Shown here piece by piece: positions 8,941 through 17,586 of a DNA stretch of 64,000 nucleotides. Position 1 is the stretch's first letter. Each line of letters opens with the position of its first letter. Position numbers and translations under genes: made by a program. Source of the DNA: Candidatus Omnitrophota bacterium. GTDB taxonomy: Bacteria > Omnitrophota > Gorgyraeia > JAGLLT01. Under the pieces are notes generated by a model, which was not told where the DNA came from, ran no database searches, and saw only the letters and a program-made list of their open reading frames with translations. Where the stretch lies: contig JAGLLT010000021.1 in assembly GCA_023140385.1 (NCBI GenBank), forward strand, positions 1,068-65,067, read 5' to 3'.

Positions 8941-9261
8941 TTAACTGACAACGCTTCCCGTCTTTACGCTTTTTTCAGGTATTAAAATTGCCAGGTTTTC
9001 ATCATCTTTAGCTGCCAGAAGCATTCCTTCGGAGATTTCTCCTCTTATGGTTGCCGGCTCTATATTGACCAAGACAACTATCTGTTTGTCTTTTAGCTCC
9101 TCAGGCGTGTAATATTTTTTGATACCGGATATTATTTGCCTTGATTCGTTTTCAATTTCAACTCTGAGAATATATAGCATGTCCGCGTTCGGATGTTCTT
9201 TTACTTCGATAATTTTAGCAATTTTTAACTCCAATTTTTTGAAATCTTCAAAAGTAATCAT
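8941..9261 (-). CDS. tRNA-binding domain protein (CsaA/YgjH/Trbp111 family)
   Basis: KIAKIIEVKEHPNADMLYILRVEIENESRQIISGI...IVVLVNIEPATIRGEISEGMLLAA, typical of the MetRS C-terminal-like tRNA-binding fold. Confidence 0.75.
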   Translation of the reverse strand: MITFEDFKKLELKIAKIIEVKEHPNADMLYILRVEIENESRQIISGIKKYYTPEELKDKQIVVLVNIEPATIRGEISEGMLLAAKDDENLAILIPEKSVKTGSVVS

Positions 9262-9287
9262 TTTCTCTCCCTATTCTGCCCCGAAAG

Positions 9288-9941
9288 TTAATTCTGTGTA
9301 ATTTTGACCAAAACGTCATTTCTGATATCATCTATTATTTTACTTAAAGCCTCGTCCAGTAATTTTAATTTGTAGTTGAATCCTCTTGAGTATCTGGCCG
9401 AGCTAAAGAGGCCCGTAGGAAGTTTTTTGTCCTCGCTAAAGATATAGCTTTTATCAATAAGCATCTTATTTGCGGAGTCCGTCAATTTAATTTTAATTTC
9501 AATGGCTATAATAAATTCATCTTTGGACCAAATACTGGCTACTTGCTTCAAATACGGAACTACCGTTGTTTTTGGCAGTTGAAGTGCTGCCTGAAAATGC
9601 TCTACAGAACCTGATAATGTATAGTCAGAGGCATTTCTTTTGTCTTCCTGAAAGGCGCTTGCAATCAACAGGCCGCTTTTTTTGAGTTCTTGCTTAAGAA
9701 TTCTGTTTAAAGAAACAGTTATATTTTCCTCAAAGTGCGAGTCCCTGGAAGCAAACTTTAAAAACCTTCCGTTTTTACCTGTTCGTTCTTGTTCGGGACG
9801 ATTATCACTAAAAGTTTCTATGTTTATGCTGTGCTCCCGGCGGCACCGGATATCGCTTTCTGAAATTGAATACTTAATTATGTGCCTGGAGCAGCCGCTG
9901 ATGATAACAGTTAATAAAACGATAATAAAAATTTTTTTCAT
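9288..9941 (-). CDS. lipoprotein, function unknown
   Basis: Signal peptide plus lipobox LTVIISGC at the N-terminus. Confidence 0.5.
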   Translation of the reverse strand: MKKIFIIVLLTVIISGCSRHIIKYSISESDIRCRREHSINIETFSDNRPEQERTGKNGRFLKFASRDSHFEENITVSLNRILKQELKKSGLLIASAFQEDKRNASDYTLSGSVEHFQAALQLPKTTVVPYLKQVASIWSKDEFIIAIEIKIKLTDSANKMLIDKSYIFSEDKKLPTGLFSSARYSRGFNYKLKLLDEALSKIIDDIRNDVLVKITQN

Positions 9942-9965
9942 AAATTTAGCCTTTTGTAAAATAGT

Positions 9966-10322
9966 TTATTTTGTTTCCTTGTCCTCTTCCCATCTAATTA
10001 AAATATTTCCTTCAAAATAAAGCCTTTTTGTCCTGGAGAGATAATCGGCATCCAGCGGAATCGCCGGATAGCGCGCGTCGTAGACCCACTCTTCCTTCTC
10101 ATCTGTCCACGCGTCCGGGGCTGTGGTAATTGTTTTGGCCGGCTTGCCCCACAACTCTAGTACCTCTTCTTTCGGCATTCCCCTGCGGAGAGAGTCTGTT
10201 CCCAGAGGGTGCTGTAATATCTGAGCCGGCGAAGGGGGCGTTATTTCGGCGCAAGATAGCCCTACCACACCTAAAAATAACAATATGGCAATAATTATTC
10301 CCTGCTTCATGTCTACCTCCAA
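9966..10322 (-). CDS. secreted hypothetical protein
   Basis: N-terminal hydrophobic signal MKQGIIIAILLFLGVVGLSCAE. Confidence 0.4.
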   Translation of the reverse strand: MEVDMKQGIIIAILLFLGVVGLSCAEITPPSPAQILQHPLGTDSLRRGMPKEEVLELWGKPAKTITTAPDAWTDEKEEWVYDARYPAIPLDADYLSRTKRLYFEGNILIRWEEDKETK

Positions 10323-10351
10323 AGGTTATGTTATGGTTTTTTGTAAACTAA

Positions 10352-11629
10352 CTACCGCTTGTCATCCTCATCTTTAGAATCAAAGCACAGAAAAACCCAC
10401 TTCTTAATGTATCTATTTTTCATAAAGTATTTCCAAACCATTTTACTGCGGTAATTTTCTATCATTAGCATCGTAACTCCAAGACTAATACCCAGGCATT
10501 CCTCGGTATGCCATTTTTTATCGACGTTGAAGGCGTCGATAAAGCCATATTTTTTATATACTTTATTTCCGTATCTATTATACATATGTCTTAAGGCTGA
10601 TATTGAGAGCTTTGGTGTAAAAGCGATGGATCCACCCGCTCCATAAGGGCATATAGTTCCGTCGTGAATTGAGTGGCCGGGTTTTGCCCCATAGCCTCTA
10701 TAGCCGCTTGGCCCCAAGGATGCTGTTAGCCCCCAGATATTCGGGCCGTAAGTGCGATAATGGTTCTGTTGGTCAATACAGAATTTTCTATTAGCTTTTG
10801 TGGCCTCGATAGAGTTTTTAAACCAATTTATACCTTGATCGTCAAGTTTCCTGAAGTCTATCCATGCGTGTGAATATTGATAGGTAAAAAGGCTGCCCGT
10901 AGAACAGTAGATAAGCTCGTAATCACCATATTTTGCTACCGATCTCTTCCAGGTAGACCAGCTTTTGGCTTTAATGGGGTATGTGGGTGAGCCGATAGCC
11001 AACGCGTAAAGTATCATAGCCTCACTGTAAGAGTCCCAGTAAGATGGAAAAATGCCTGTTTCCGGTTTCCAACCCATGCTGATGAGGTTGTTTTTCATCA
11101 GCCAGGGCCAATCTACCCGGCGATAAAGCGCAGTAGCAACCTTTTCGACTTCAGTTCCCTTAAAGTATTCACCCGCAAAAAGAGCGCCTGCCAGAAATAG
11201 GGCGGTGTCTATTGAAGATATTTCACATTCCCATACCCTTTTACCGGTCCGCATATCAAGAAAATGATAGAAAAAGCCGTGTTCATTGGGAACTTTATCT
11301 CTGAAGGTAATAAGCGTTTTGAGAACTCTATTATAGGCTCTATCATGGTCTACCCATCCCCTCTCTGCCCCGATACATATTGCCGTAAGGCCGAAGCCGC
11401 AAGCTGCTATACTCGAAGGGGCGCCTACGCGGGAACTATCCTTAATCAGGCCGTTTCTTGGATTTGCTTCTTTCCAGAAGTAGTCAAATATATCTTTTTC
11501 AAGCTTTATCAGGAACTTTTTGTCGCTCTCTGACAGGCGTTCTTGCGGCAGCGCGTTCGCGGAAAAAAGAGGAAGCGGTAGAATGCTTAAAAGAAAAATT
11601 AAAGCTGCTTTTTTAAAAAAACAAACCAT
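10352..11629 (-). CDS. secreted six-hairpin (alpha/alpha)6 glycoside hydrolase-like protein (putative glucoamylase/GH144-like family)
   Basis: Signal peptide; Trp/Tyr-rich motifs (WGLTASLGPSGY, GYGAKPGH, YGFIDAFN) resembling the bacterial glucoamylase-like family. Confidence 0.45.
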   Translation of the reverse strand: MVCFFKKAALIFLLSILPLPLFSANALPQERLSESDKKFLIKLEKDIFDYFWKEANPRNGLIKDSSRVGAPSSIAACGFGLTAICIGAERGWVDHDRAYNRVLKTLITFRDKVPNEHGFFYHFLDMRTGKRVWECEISSIDTALFLAGALFAGEYFKGTEVEKVATALYRRVDWPWLMKNNLISMGWKPETGIFPSYWDSYSEAMILYALAIGSPTYPIKAKSWSTWKRSVAKYGDYELIYCSTGSLFTYQYSHAWIDFRKLDDQGINWFKNSIEATKANRKFCIDQQNHYRTYGPNIWGLTASLGPSGYRGYGAKPGHSIHDGTICPYGAGGSIAFTPKLSISALRHMYNRYGNKVYKKYGFIDAFNVDKKWHTEECLGISLGVTMLMIENYRSKMVWKYFMKNRYIKKWVFLCFDSKDEDDKR

Positions 11630-11648
11630 AATAACTGTAAAAGCTTCC

Positions 11649-12377
11649 TTATTTTGTATTTTTATAAAAATCCAACAGTTTGGCCATTTCCGCTATATAT
11701 TGTTCGTTTTGTGTGATGGGGCCTTTAATTTTTTCTGTTGCCGAAGATAGCTGGGCAGCGTTCTTTTTTAAGTTTTGATTAACGTCAGCTATTTTCTTTA
11801 GGAGGTCTTTCGCCATTTTTTCTCTTTGGCTAAAGGATGAGATAGCTTCATTTATCAGTTTAGCCAGCCTTTGGAATTCGTCGGCCCACCTTAAATGAAT
11901 GCGAACGTCCATGTCTCCTTTTATAAATCTTTTCATCGTTTCTTCAAAGCGGTAAACCGGTCCGGCGATTCGGTGAGTCAAAAATATGCTAAACGATATA
12001 ATTAAGCCAAGTAGAACAAAAATCCAGGGGACAAGCTTTTGATTGACTTCGTATAGGATTTCCATGACTACTCCCCGCTCGTAATCAGACAGCATTTTCG
12101 CTGTCTCAGGGAAAAACATATCAAACTCTCTTTCTTCTCTAATGCCGGCGGAATAACGAGCCACCTGCCGCTGTCTTATATCGGCAGCAGTATTAATTCT
12201 CATCTTTAATTTATCAGTTGAAAATTCAGGCAGGACGGAATTAAGAATGTTGAAGTAGAGGGTAGCCGCTGTAATAAAGGTTGCTATCAGCAGTGTAATG
12301 CCGATAATCGAAGAAATTTTTAACTGAAAAACAGGTTTTATTAAATATTGCCTTCTGCGGAAAGATGGTTTATCCAT
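11649..12377 (-). CDS. HAMP domain-containing membrane protein (two TM, no recognisable output domain)
   Basis: Two TM helices flank a periplasmic loop; HAMP-like LTHRIAGPVYRFEETMKRFIKGDMDVRIHLRWADEFQRLAKLINEA. Confidence 0.55.
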   Translation of the reverse strand: MDKPSFRRRQYLIKPVFQLKISSIIGITLLIATFITAATLYFNILNSVLPEFSTDKLKMRINTAADIRQRQVARYSAGIREEREFDMFFPETAKMLSDYERGVVMEILYEVNQKLVPWIFVLLGLIISFSIFLTHRIAGPVYRFEETMKRFIKGDMDVRIHLRWADEFQRLAKLINEAISSFSQREKMAKDLLKKIADVNQNLKKNAAQLSSATEKIKGPITQNEQYIAEMAKLLDFYKNTK

Positions 12378-12420
12378 GTTACCCGTTTTCTCCTTATTTT
12401 AATAGGGTTTAAAGAAGGCA

Positions 12421-12882
12421 TCAGGACTTTATCTTATAAATAAGTTCAACAATTTCCCGTTCACCCATATTTTGCCGCTCCTTCTCCATGAAGCCGTTCT
12501 TTAAGAAAAGATTAATGACGGCCTTCATGCGGCCGGTTGAACGGAATAGAATACGCTTGTAGCTCTTTATTCTGCAAAAGTCAATTACTCTATGGAGTAG
12601 AGTATCTTCAATATTCCTTCCTCGATAGCCACGATGAATAAAAAATCTCCTTATCAGCGCCACGTCGTTACTTTCATTTAAGACGCCTATAACAGCAATA
12701 ATTTTTTCTTCTTCTTCGACAATTAAAAAAATATTTTTATCCGCCTCATAAATTTGCCGCAAGTTATTCAGGTTATTATCGGGCAGTTTTTGCTGCCCGC
12801 CTGAGAGTTCTTCTTTAAGGCTTCTGTCGATGAAGTTTTTTACCTCTTTTAAATCTGTTTCTTTAAACTCTCTAATTTCCAT
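12421..12882 (-). CDS. GNAT family N-acetyltransferase
   Basis: Motif A-like RRFFIHRGYRGRNIEDTLLHRVIDF. Confidence 0.6.
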   Translation of the reverse strand: MEIREFKETDLKEVKNFIDRSLKEELSGGQQKLPDNNLNNLRQIYEADKNIFLIVEEEEKIIAVIGVLNESNDVALIRRFFIHRGYRGRNIEDTLLHRVIDFCRIKSYKRILFRSTGRMKAVINLFLKNGFMEKERQNMGEREIVELIYKIKS

Positions 12883-12883
12883 T

Positions 12884-13684
12884 TTAGAACTTTATGAAAT
12901 TATTGAAGCTTTTTGTGATACCCAAGGTTACCGACCAGTCCCGGCTTTCATCTGTTAAGCCTATGCCGCCGCCTATGTCCCAGGCCCAATTCTCCCTTTT
13001 GCCCTGGGCGCCTATCAGTAAGCATAAAAAGTCATTATTGTCATTTGAAAAGGCCTGGCCGCTGATCCCAAGAGCTAAATTCAAGGTATCATCGGCAGGA
13101 ATTAGAACGCCTAAGTTGTAGTAAAGTACGTCGTCCTGATTGCTGTTATGATGTGGATTGCCCAGTATTCCCATACCGAGATTGAGATGGCAGGCTGTAT
13201 TGCCGAGATGCTTGCTGAGCAGTAAGGAATTAAAGAAGTCAAATTCATCAGTACCCAGCCTGTCTTCATTACTCGCGTTTGGCAGCTTAGTGCTAAAATT
13301 AAGGCCGATTGCCGGATAATTATCCTCTTGCCTAAGTTGTACCTTTGTAGAGAGGCGTATGTCACCTGCCCCGTACGCGCTATCAGTTTCGTCAACATAC
13401 AGGCAGTCAAAGAGTGTTTGAATTTCAACGATTTTACCCGCGCCCAGCATCATGCCCAAAGAAGGCAAGCGGGCCTCGTCCCGGTTTTTTTGACCGCTGT
13501 CAAAGGCTAATTTTTTGTTCTCGAGATATTCAACCCCTATCCGCACCTCCAGTGTGCCCGCCTCAATGACGTTCGCGTCTTGTGTGTCGAGCGGCATAAG
13601 GTTGGCGGCTTTGAGCGAACCATGACTTATAATAAGCAAAAAACAAATTACGGCAATCAGTAATTGAAGCCGTTTTTTTATCAT
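12884..13684 (-). CDS. secreted outer-membrane beta-barrel-like protein (MetA-pathway/transporter-like family)
   Basis: Signal peptide; beta-rich; C-terminal ...NNFIKF ending in Phe; RBS AGGAGG. Confidence 0.4.
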   Translation of the reverse strand: MIKKRLQLLIAVICFLLIISHGSLKAANLMPLDTQDANVIEAGTLEVRIGVEYLENKKLAFDSGQKNRDEARLPSLGMMLGAGKIVEIQTLFDCLYVDETDSAYGAGDIRLSTKVQLRQEDNYPAIGLNFSTKLPNASNEDRLGTDEFDFFNSLLLSKHLGNTACHLNLGMGILGNPHHNSNQDDVLYYNLGVLIPADDTLNLALGISGQAFSNDNNDFLCLLIGAQGKRENWAWDIGGGIGLTDESRDWSVTLGITKSFNNFIKF

Positions 13685-13712
13685 TTAGAGCCTCCTGCCT
13701 TTTTAAGATATA

Positions 13713-13991
13713 TTGTCAAAACTAGTTACTCTTTATACGTTTAAAAAACTCTAAACCCTAAACTCTAATATCTAAATCCTAAATAATTTCAAAATTCTAA
13801 TGCTCAAATGTTATAAACCTTAAGTGTCTTTGTTTTGGTCATTTGCCTGCCTGTCGGTAGGCAGGTATTTTGGACATTTGGATTTGTTTAGTATTTAGTG
13901 CTTAGTATTTAGGATTTTTACAATAAATATAACTCTTTTAAATCACGTGGTTCTTTTGCAATTTTTTAAACAACTTTGACAGTATGCAACC
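13713..13991 (+). repeat. intergenic repeat family 1, copy A (with 20-bp CCTGCC..GGCAGG hairpin insert at 13846-13865)
   Basis: ~85-95% identical to the copies at 25930, 45121, 46151 and 56911; internal inverted repeats AAATCCTAAATA/TATTTAGGATTT and CAAATGT/ACATTTG. Confidence 0.85.
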
Positions 13992-13995
13992 AGCG

Positions 13996-15099
13996 CTATT
14001 TTTTTATTCTTTGACTGATGACGTTTTTTATGAGGCGCTCAGAAATTCCTTCACGTATTATGACCTTTCCGATGTTTACCGGCAGGACAAATCTGTTTTT
14101 CCCGGAGATAAATTTTTTGTCATGCAAGTAAGCCGGCATTATTTTTTCTAATGGAGCGTTTTTTATGTGGATAGGCAGGCCGATCATTGAGATGATACTT
14201 TCGATGCGGCAGAGAGTTTTTTGATTACAGATTTTTAACCTGCAGGCTATTTCACTGGCGCATATCATGCCTATGGCGATAGCCTCTCCGTGAGTATAAC
14301 TTTTGCCGTAGTCTGACGCCGTTTCAATGGCGTGCCCAATGGTGTGGCCGAAGTTAAGAATGGTGCGTATGCCTTTGGTTTCTCTTTCATCTTGTGATAC
14401 GACCCTGGCCTTTATTCGCGACGATTGGATGATGATGTGGCTGAGAGCTTCCTTATCCAATTCAAGTATTTTATGGTAGTTAAGTTCAATAAACCTAAAA
14501 AGCTGGCTATCGGTTATAACGCCGTATTTGATTACTTCAGCCAGCCCCGTTTTGAGTTGTCTTAAGTTCAGGGATGACACGGTGGATACATCGCTAAAAA
14601 CCAAACGCGGCTGGTAAAACGCGCCCAATAAGTTTTTCCCATATTGTAAATCAACCGCTACTTTGCCGCCAATGCTTGAATCAACCTGAGCCAAAAGGCT
14701 GGTTGGTACCTGCACGTAAGGAATTCCTCTTTTGTAAACGGCAGCCGCAAAGCCGCTTAAATCTCCGATTACTCCTCCACCCAGCGCGATTACGAAGATT
14801 CTCTTTCGTACGTCAATACGCGCTATTTTAGAAATGACTTTACTCAGACAACTTACCGATTTCGCTTTTTCTGAGTCAGGCACTTCGATAAAATCATTTT
14901 TTATGGAAGATTTTGAGAGAGTTTTTACTATTTTTTCGTTATATAATTTTTTTATTTTGGAGTTGCTGATAATTACGGCGTGATTGCCGATATTTGACTC
15001 TTTTAACAGCCTGCCCAGGCAATTGAACTGGTTGTTCGCTATGTAGATACCGTAGCTTCTTTCTTTTAGATTTACTGTGATCTTTTTTAAGTTTTTCAT
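13996..15099 (-). CDS. aroB: 3-dehydroquinate synthase
   Basis: VIALGGGVIGDLSGFAAAVYKRGIPYVQVPTSLLAQVDSSIGGKVAVD. Confidence 0.9.
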   Translation of the reverse strand: MKNLKKITVNLKERSYGIYIANNQFNCLGRLLKESNIGNHAVIISNSKIKKLYNEKIVKTLSKSSIKNDFIEVPDSEKAKSVSCLSKVISKIARIDVRKRIFVIALGGGVIGDLSGFAAAVYKRGIPYVQVPTSLLAQVDSSIGGKVAVDLQYGKNLLGAFYQPRLVFSDVSTVSSLNLRQLKTGLAEVIKYGVITDSQLFRFIELNYHKILELDKEALSHIIIQSSRIKARVVSQDERETKGIRTILNFGHTIGHAIETASDYGKSYTHGEAIAIGMICASEIACRLKICNQKTLCRIESIISMIGLPIHIKNAPLEKIMPAYLHDKKFISGKNRFVLPVNIGKVIIREGISERLIKNVISQRIKK

Positions 15100-15169
15100 G
15101 TGGTTTAGTATAACAATAATAAGGAGTTAAGTCAAGTTAGTTATTGAGGTTATGAGTGCCTGAAATAAC

Positions 15170-15826
15170 TTAATGGATGCTGTATAGATTAATGATAAAA
15201 CCGACAATAGCAAGAATAAAATCAGCGAGTGCTGTGAAATAAAACAGCATAAAAATAATTATAATTCCGTAGGGAGCGATTTTCTTATACCGCCAGGCCG
15301 TCTCCCGCGGCAGGAATGCCTCTAATATTCGAGAGCCGTCCAAGGGATGTACGGGAATTAGATTAAATACGCCTAAAAATAAATTAATCAAAATAAGGTA
15401 GATCAAAAAGAGTATAAAAGGATTGGTGATTACTATATTATTACTTAAACTAAGAATTTCAGAAGGCAAAATACCGCCCAAGCGCAGCAGTCCGGCGGCG
15501 CAGGTAGCTGTAAAAAGGTTAGCCGCCGGCCCGGCCAGCGATACGTAGACCATATCCTTTTTAGGATTATTTAGGTTGTAGGAATTAATCGGCACGGGTT
15601 TTGCCCAGCCGAAAAGTATAGGAAAGTTTATGATAAGAAGAAAAGCGGGCGCGGCAATTGTGCCTATGGGATCAATGTGCGCTATAGGATTAAAGGTAAC
15701 TCTTCCCGCTTCCCGCGCTGTCGGGTCGCCTAATTTTTCAGCCGTCCATCCATGAGCGAACTCGTGAATAATTATCGCGACCGTAAAGGCTAAAATTAAA
15801 AAAAGTTTATCAATAATAAAAAACAT
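15170..15826 (-). CDS. site-2 protease family (M50) membrane metalloprotease
   Basis: HEFAHGWTA HExxH motif in a polytopic membrane protein. Confidence 0.7.
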   Translation of the reverse strand: MFFIIDKLFLILAFTVAIIIHEFAHGWTAEKLGDPTAREAGRVTFNPIAHIDPIGTIAAPAFLLIINFPILFGWAKPVPINSYNLNNPKKDMVYVSLAGPAANLFTATCAAGLLRLGGILPSEILSLSNNIVITNPFILFLIYLILINLFLGVFNLIPVHPLDGSRILEAFLPRETAWRYKKIAPYGIIIIFMLFYFTALADFILAIVGFIINLYSIH

Positions 15827-15838
15827 TTCATTCTTTTT

Positions 15839-16666
15839 TTAATTTAACAGTTCTATTTTGACAACATAAATCAGGGGGTATCTGGAGGCGGCATTGCTCT
15901 TTTCACCGTAGAGCTTAACTTTGCAGTTTACGTAAGTATCTAAATCAAGAGCCGCGCTCTTTAAATAATATTTTGTTTTTCTGCCGGTTTTGAGTTTATG
16001 CGTGGCATCTACTCCGAAAACCCTTCCTAAATCTCTTATTGTTCCTTCCGCGCTATAGATTTCCTTTGAAGCAGGCCGCAGTTTGCTCTTTTCTTTATCT
16101 TTTTCTTTCGGATAGACGATTACCTTTATTTTATTTTCAACTTTTTTAGCATAGGTTTTTTCTTTTAGCCCGGCTTGTTCAATTTTTTTACAGTCGCTAT
16201 AGTAGTCGACAAACGGTTTTTTTATCCATCCGCTGCAGTTAGCCGGAGCTTTTATTTTATACCAGCCGGCGACAGTACCGACAACCTTAACTTTAAAGCC
16301 CCTCTCTAATTTACCCAGGACGTTGTAGCTGGAACCGGGGCCGGCTCTTACGTTTAAAATAGTAACCTGAACCAGGCCGCTATTCGATATGTACTCTTTG
16401 GCGACATAACAATATACGTCATTGGGAAGTTCTATCTTGTACCAGCCGTAGTATATGCCCCGGACTACAATTTTATCTCCCTTAGACAGCTGTTTTAACG
16501 AAGTAAAATTTTTGTTATAACCGGCCCTTAAATTTACTCTCCCGGCTTTTACTTTTCCTACAAATGGATAATCCCGGGCGTTAAGCGGAGCGGCGGCTAA
16601 TATGGAAGCGGTTATAGCGGCCAGAATAACTGCTCTTTTAACTGAATAAAAGCCGGTTATCCGCAT
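15839..16666 (-). CDS. secreted protein with two bacterial SH3 (SH3b) domains
   Basis: Signal peptide; repeated GRVNLRAGYN...GWYKIELP and VTILNVRAGPGSSYNVLGKL...GWYKIKAP. Confidence 0.65.
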   Translation of the reverse strand: MRITGFYSVKRAVILAAITASILAAAPLNARDYPFVGKVKAGRVNLRAGYNKNFTSLKQLSKGDKIVVRGIYYGWYKIELPNDVYCYVAKEYISNSGLVQVTILNVRAGPGSSYNVLGKLERGFKVKVVGTVAGWYKIKAPANCSGWIKKPFVDYYSDCKKIEQAGLKEKTYAKKVENKIKVIVYPKEKDKEKSKLRPASKEIYSAEGTIRDLGRVFGVDATHKLKTGRKTKYYLKSAALDLDTYVNCKVKLYGEKSNAASRYPLIYVVKIELLN

Positions 16667-16926
16667 TACTTTTCTTTGCCTTTTTGAGACTGAGCTTCTT
16701 CTTTGGTAGACTTCTCCGCTTCCTCGGCAGCCTTCTCTTCCGCTTCCTTAGGCTTTTGTTTCTTCAGCTTTAACTTCATTACTTTAACTTTAGGCAGGCC
16801 GAACACCGAATCATTCTCATTCCACTTGCCCCGCTCTTTGAGCTTACTGATCTTCTCAAAACGGTTAAGGACGCTTCTTATCTTTTTGTCCTTGGAAGCT
16901 GATTTTAAGCTTTTATGTTGTGACAT
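16666..16926 (-). CDS. small basic Lys/Glu-rich protein (possibly Sbp-like)
   Basis: MSQHKSLKSASKDKKIRSVLNRFEKISKLKERGKW... then a KE-rich tail; family assignment uncertain. Confidence 0.35.
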   Translation of the reverse strand: MSQHKSLKSASKDKKIRSVLNRFEKISKLKERGKWNENDSVFGLPKVKVMKLKLKKQKPKEAEEKAAEEAEKSTKEEAQSQKGKEK

Positions 16927-16942
16927 CCCTTCCTCCTCTTTT

Positions 16943-17569
16943 TTAATTCTGAATTAAACGGCTTTTAACATAACACCCTTTGTATTCCTCACTAAGTTTT
17001 TTTCTGAGTTTTCGCGCTTTCACTTTGTCTTTATAGTTTCCTACAAAAACAATGTGGTACTTGTTATTTGAATCGATAAAAGCTGTATATCCGCGTTTTT
17101 TTAGTTTTTCAGCCTCTTTTTCCGCCCGGGATAACTGAGCGTAAGCGGCAAGCTGCAAACTGTAGGTTTTATAAGCGGGCGGCTTTTTGTCTTCTATCGC
17201 GCCAGCCGCCATCTGCTCCCCCTGTTTTTCTTCTACGGCCTTACTTTCGATTTGCCGCTCTTCCTCCAACCCTATAGTTGCTTTCCGGCTGTTTTCTTTT
17301 TTAACGGCCTCAGTTTCTGCCGTTACGGCAAGCTTGTCTGTCTTACCCGCGGCGGGTAAACTCATTCTTTTGCCTTTTTCTACTCCAAGGGAAAATATTA
17401 CAACATAGAGCAGAATGACGGCTATTATTAAAGAAACCAGTTTTTCGCGTGAGATACTGATTAGTATATTTTTTAGCTTGGGCACGCTTTTAAACGCTTT
17501 TGCCTTTTTAACGCGGCCCTTTGGAAATTCACTGAATAATTCTGACTGATATTCACGGTTTTCGTTCAT
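16943..17569 (-). CDS. SPOR domain-containing membrane protein
   Basis: Single TM plus C-terminal SPOR-like YSLQLAAYAQLSRAEKEAEKLKKRGYTAFIDSNNKYHIVFVGNYKDKVKARKL. Confidence 0.65.
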   Translation of the reverse strand: MNENREYQSELFSEFPKGRVKKAKAFKSVPKLKNILISISREKLVSLIIAVILLYVVIFSLGVEKGKRMSLPAAGKTDKLAVTAETEAVKKENSRKATIGLEEERQIESKAVEEKQGEQMAAGAIEDKKPPAYKTYSLQLAAYAQLSRAEKEAEKLKKRGYTAFIDSNNKYHIVFVGNYKDKVKARKLRKKLSEEYKGCYVKSRLIQN

Positions 17570-17586
17570 TTATATACCGATTCCCA

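Noticed and set aside
13713-13740. TTGACA/TTGTCA hexamer at the proximal end of each family-1 repeat as the -35 of the downstream minus-strand gene
   Set aside because: On the minus strand the hexamer sits only ~25-30 nt from the start codon with no -10 element after it. On the plus strand the TTGTCA-15-TATACG spacing is poor and no plus-strand gene follows. Promoter function of the element remains possible but is not supported by this hexamer.
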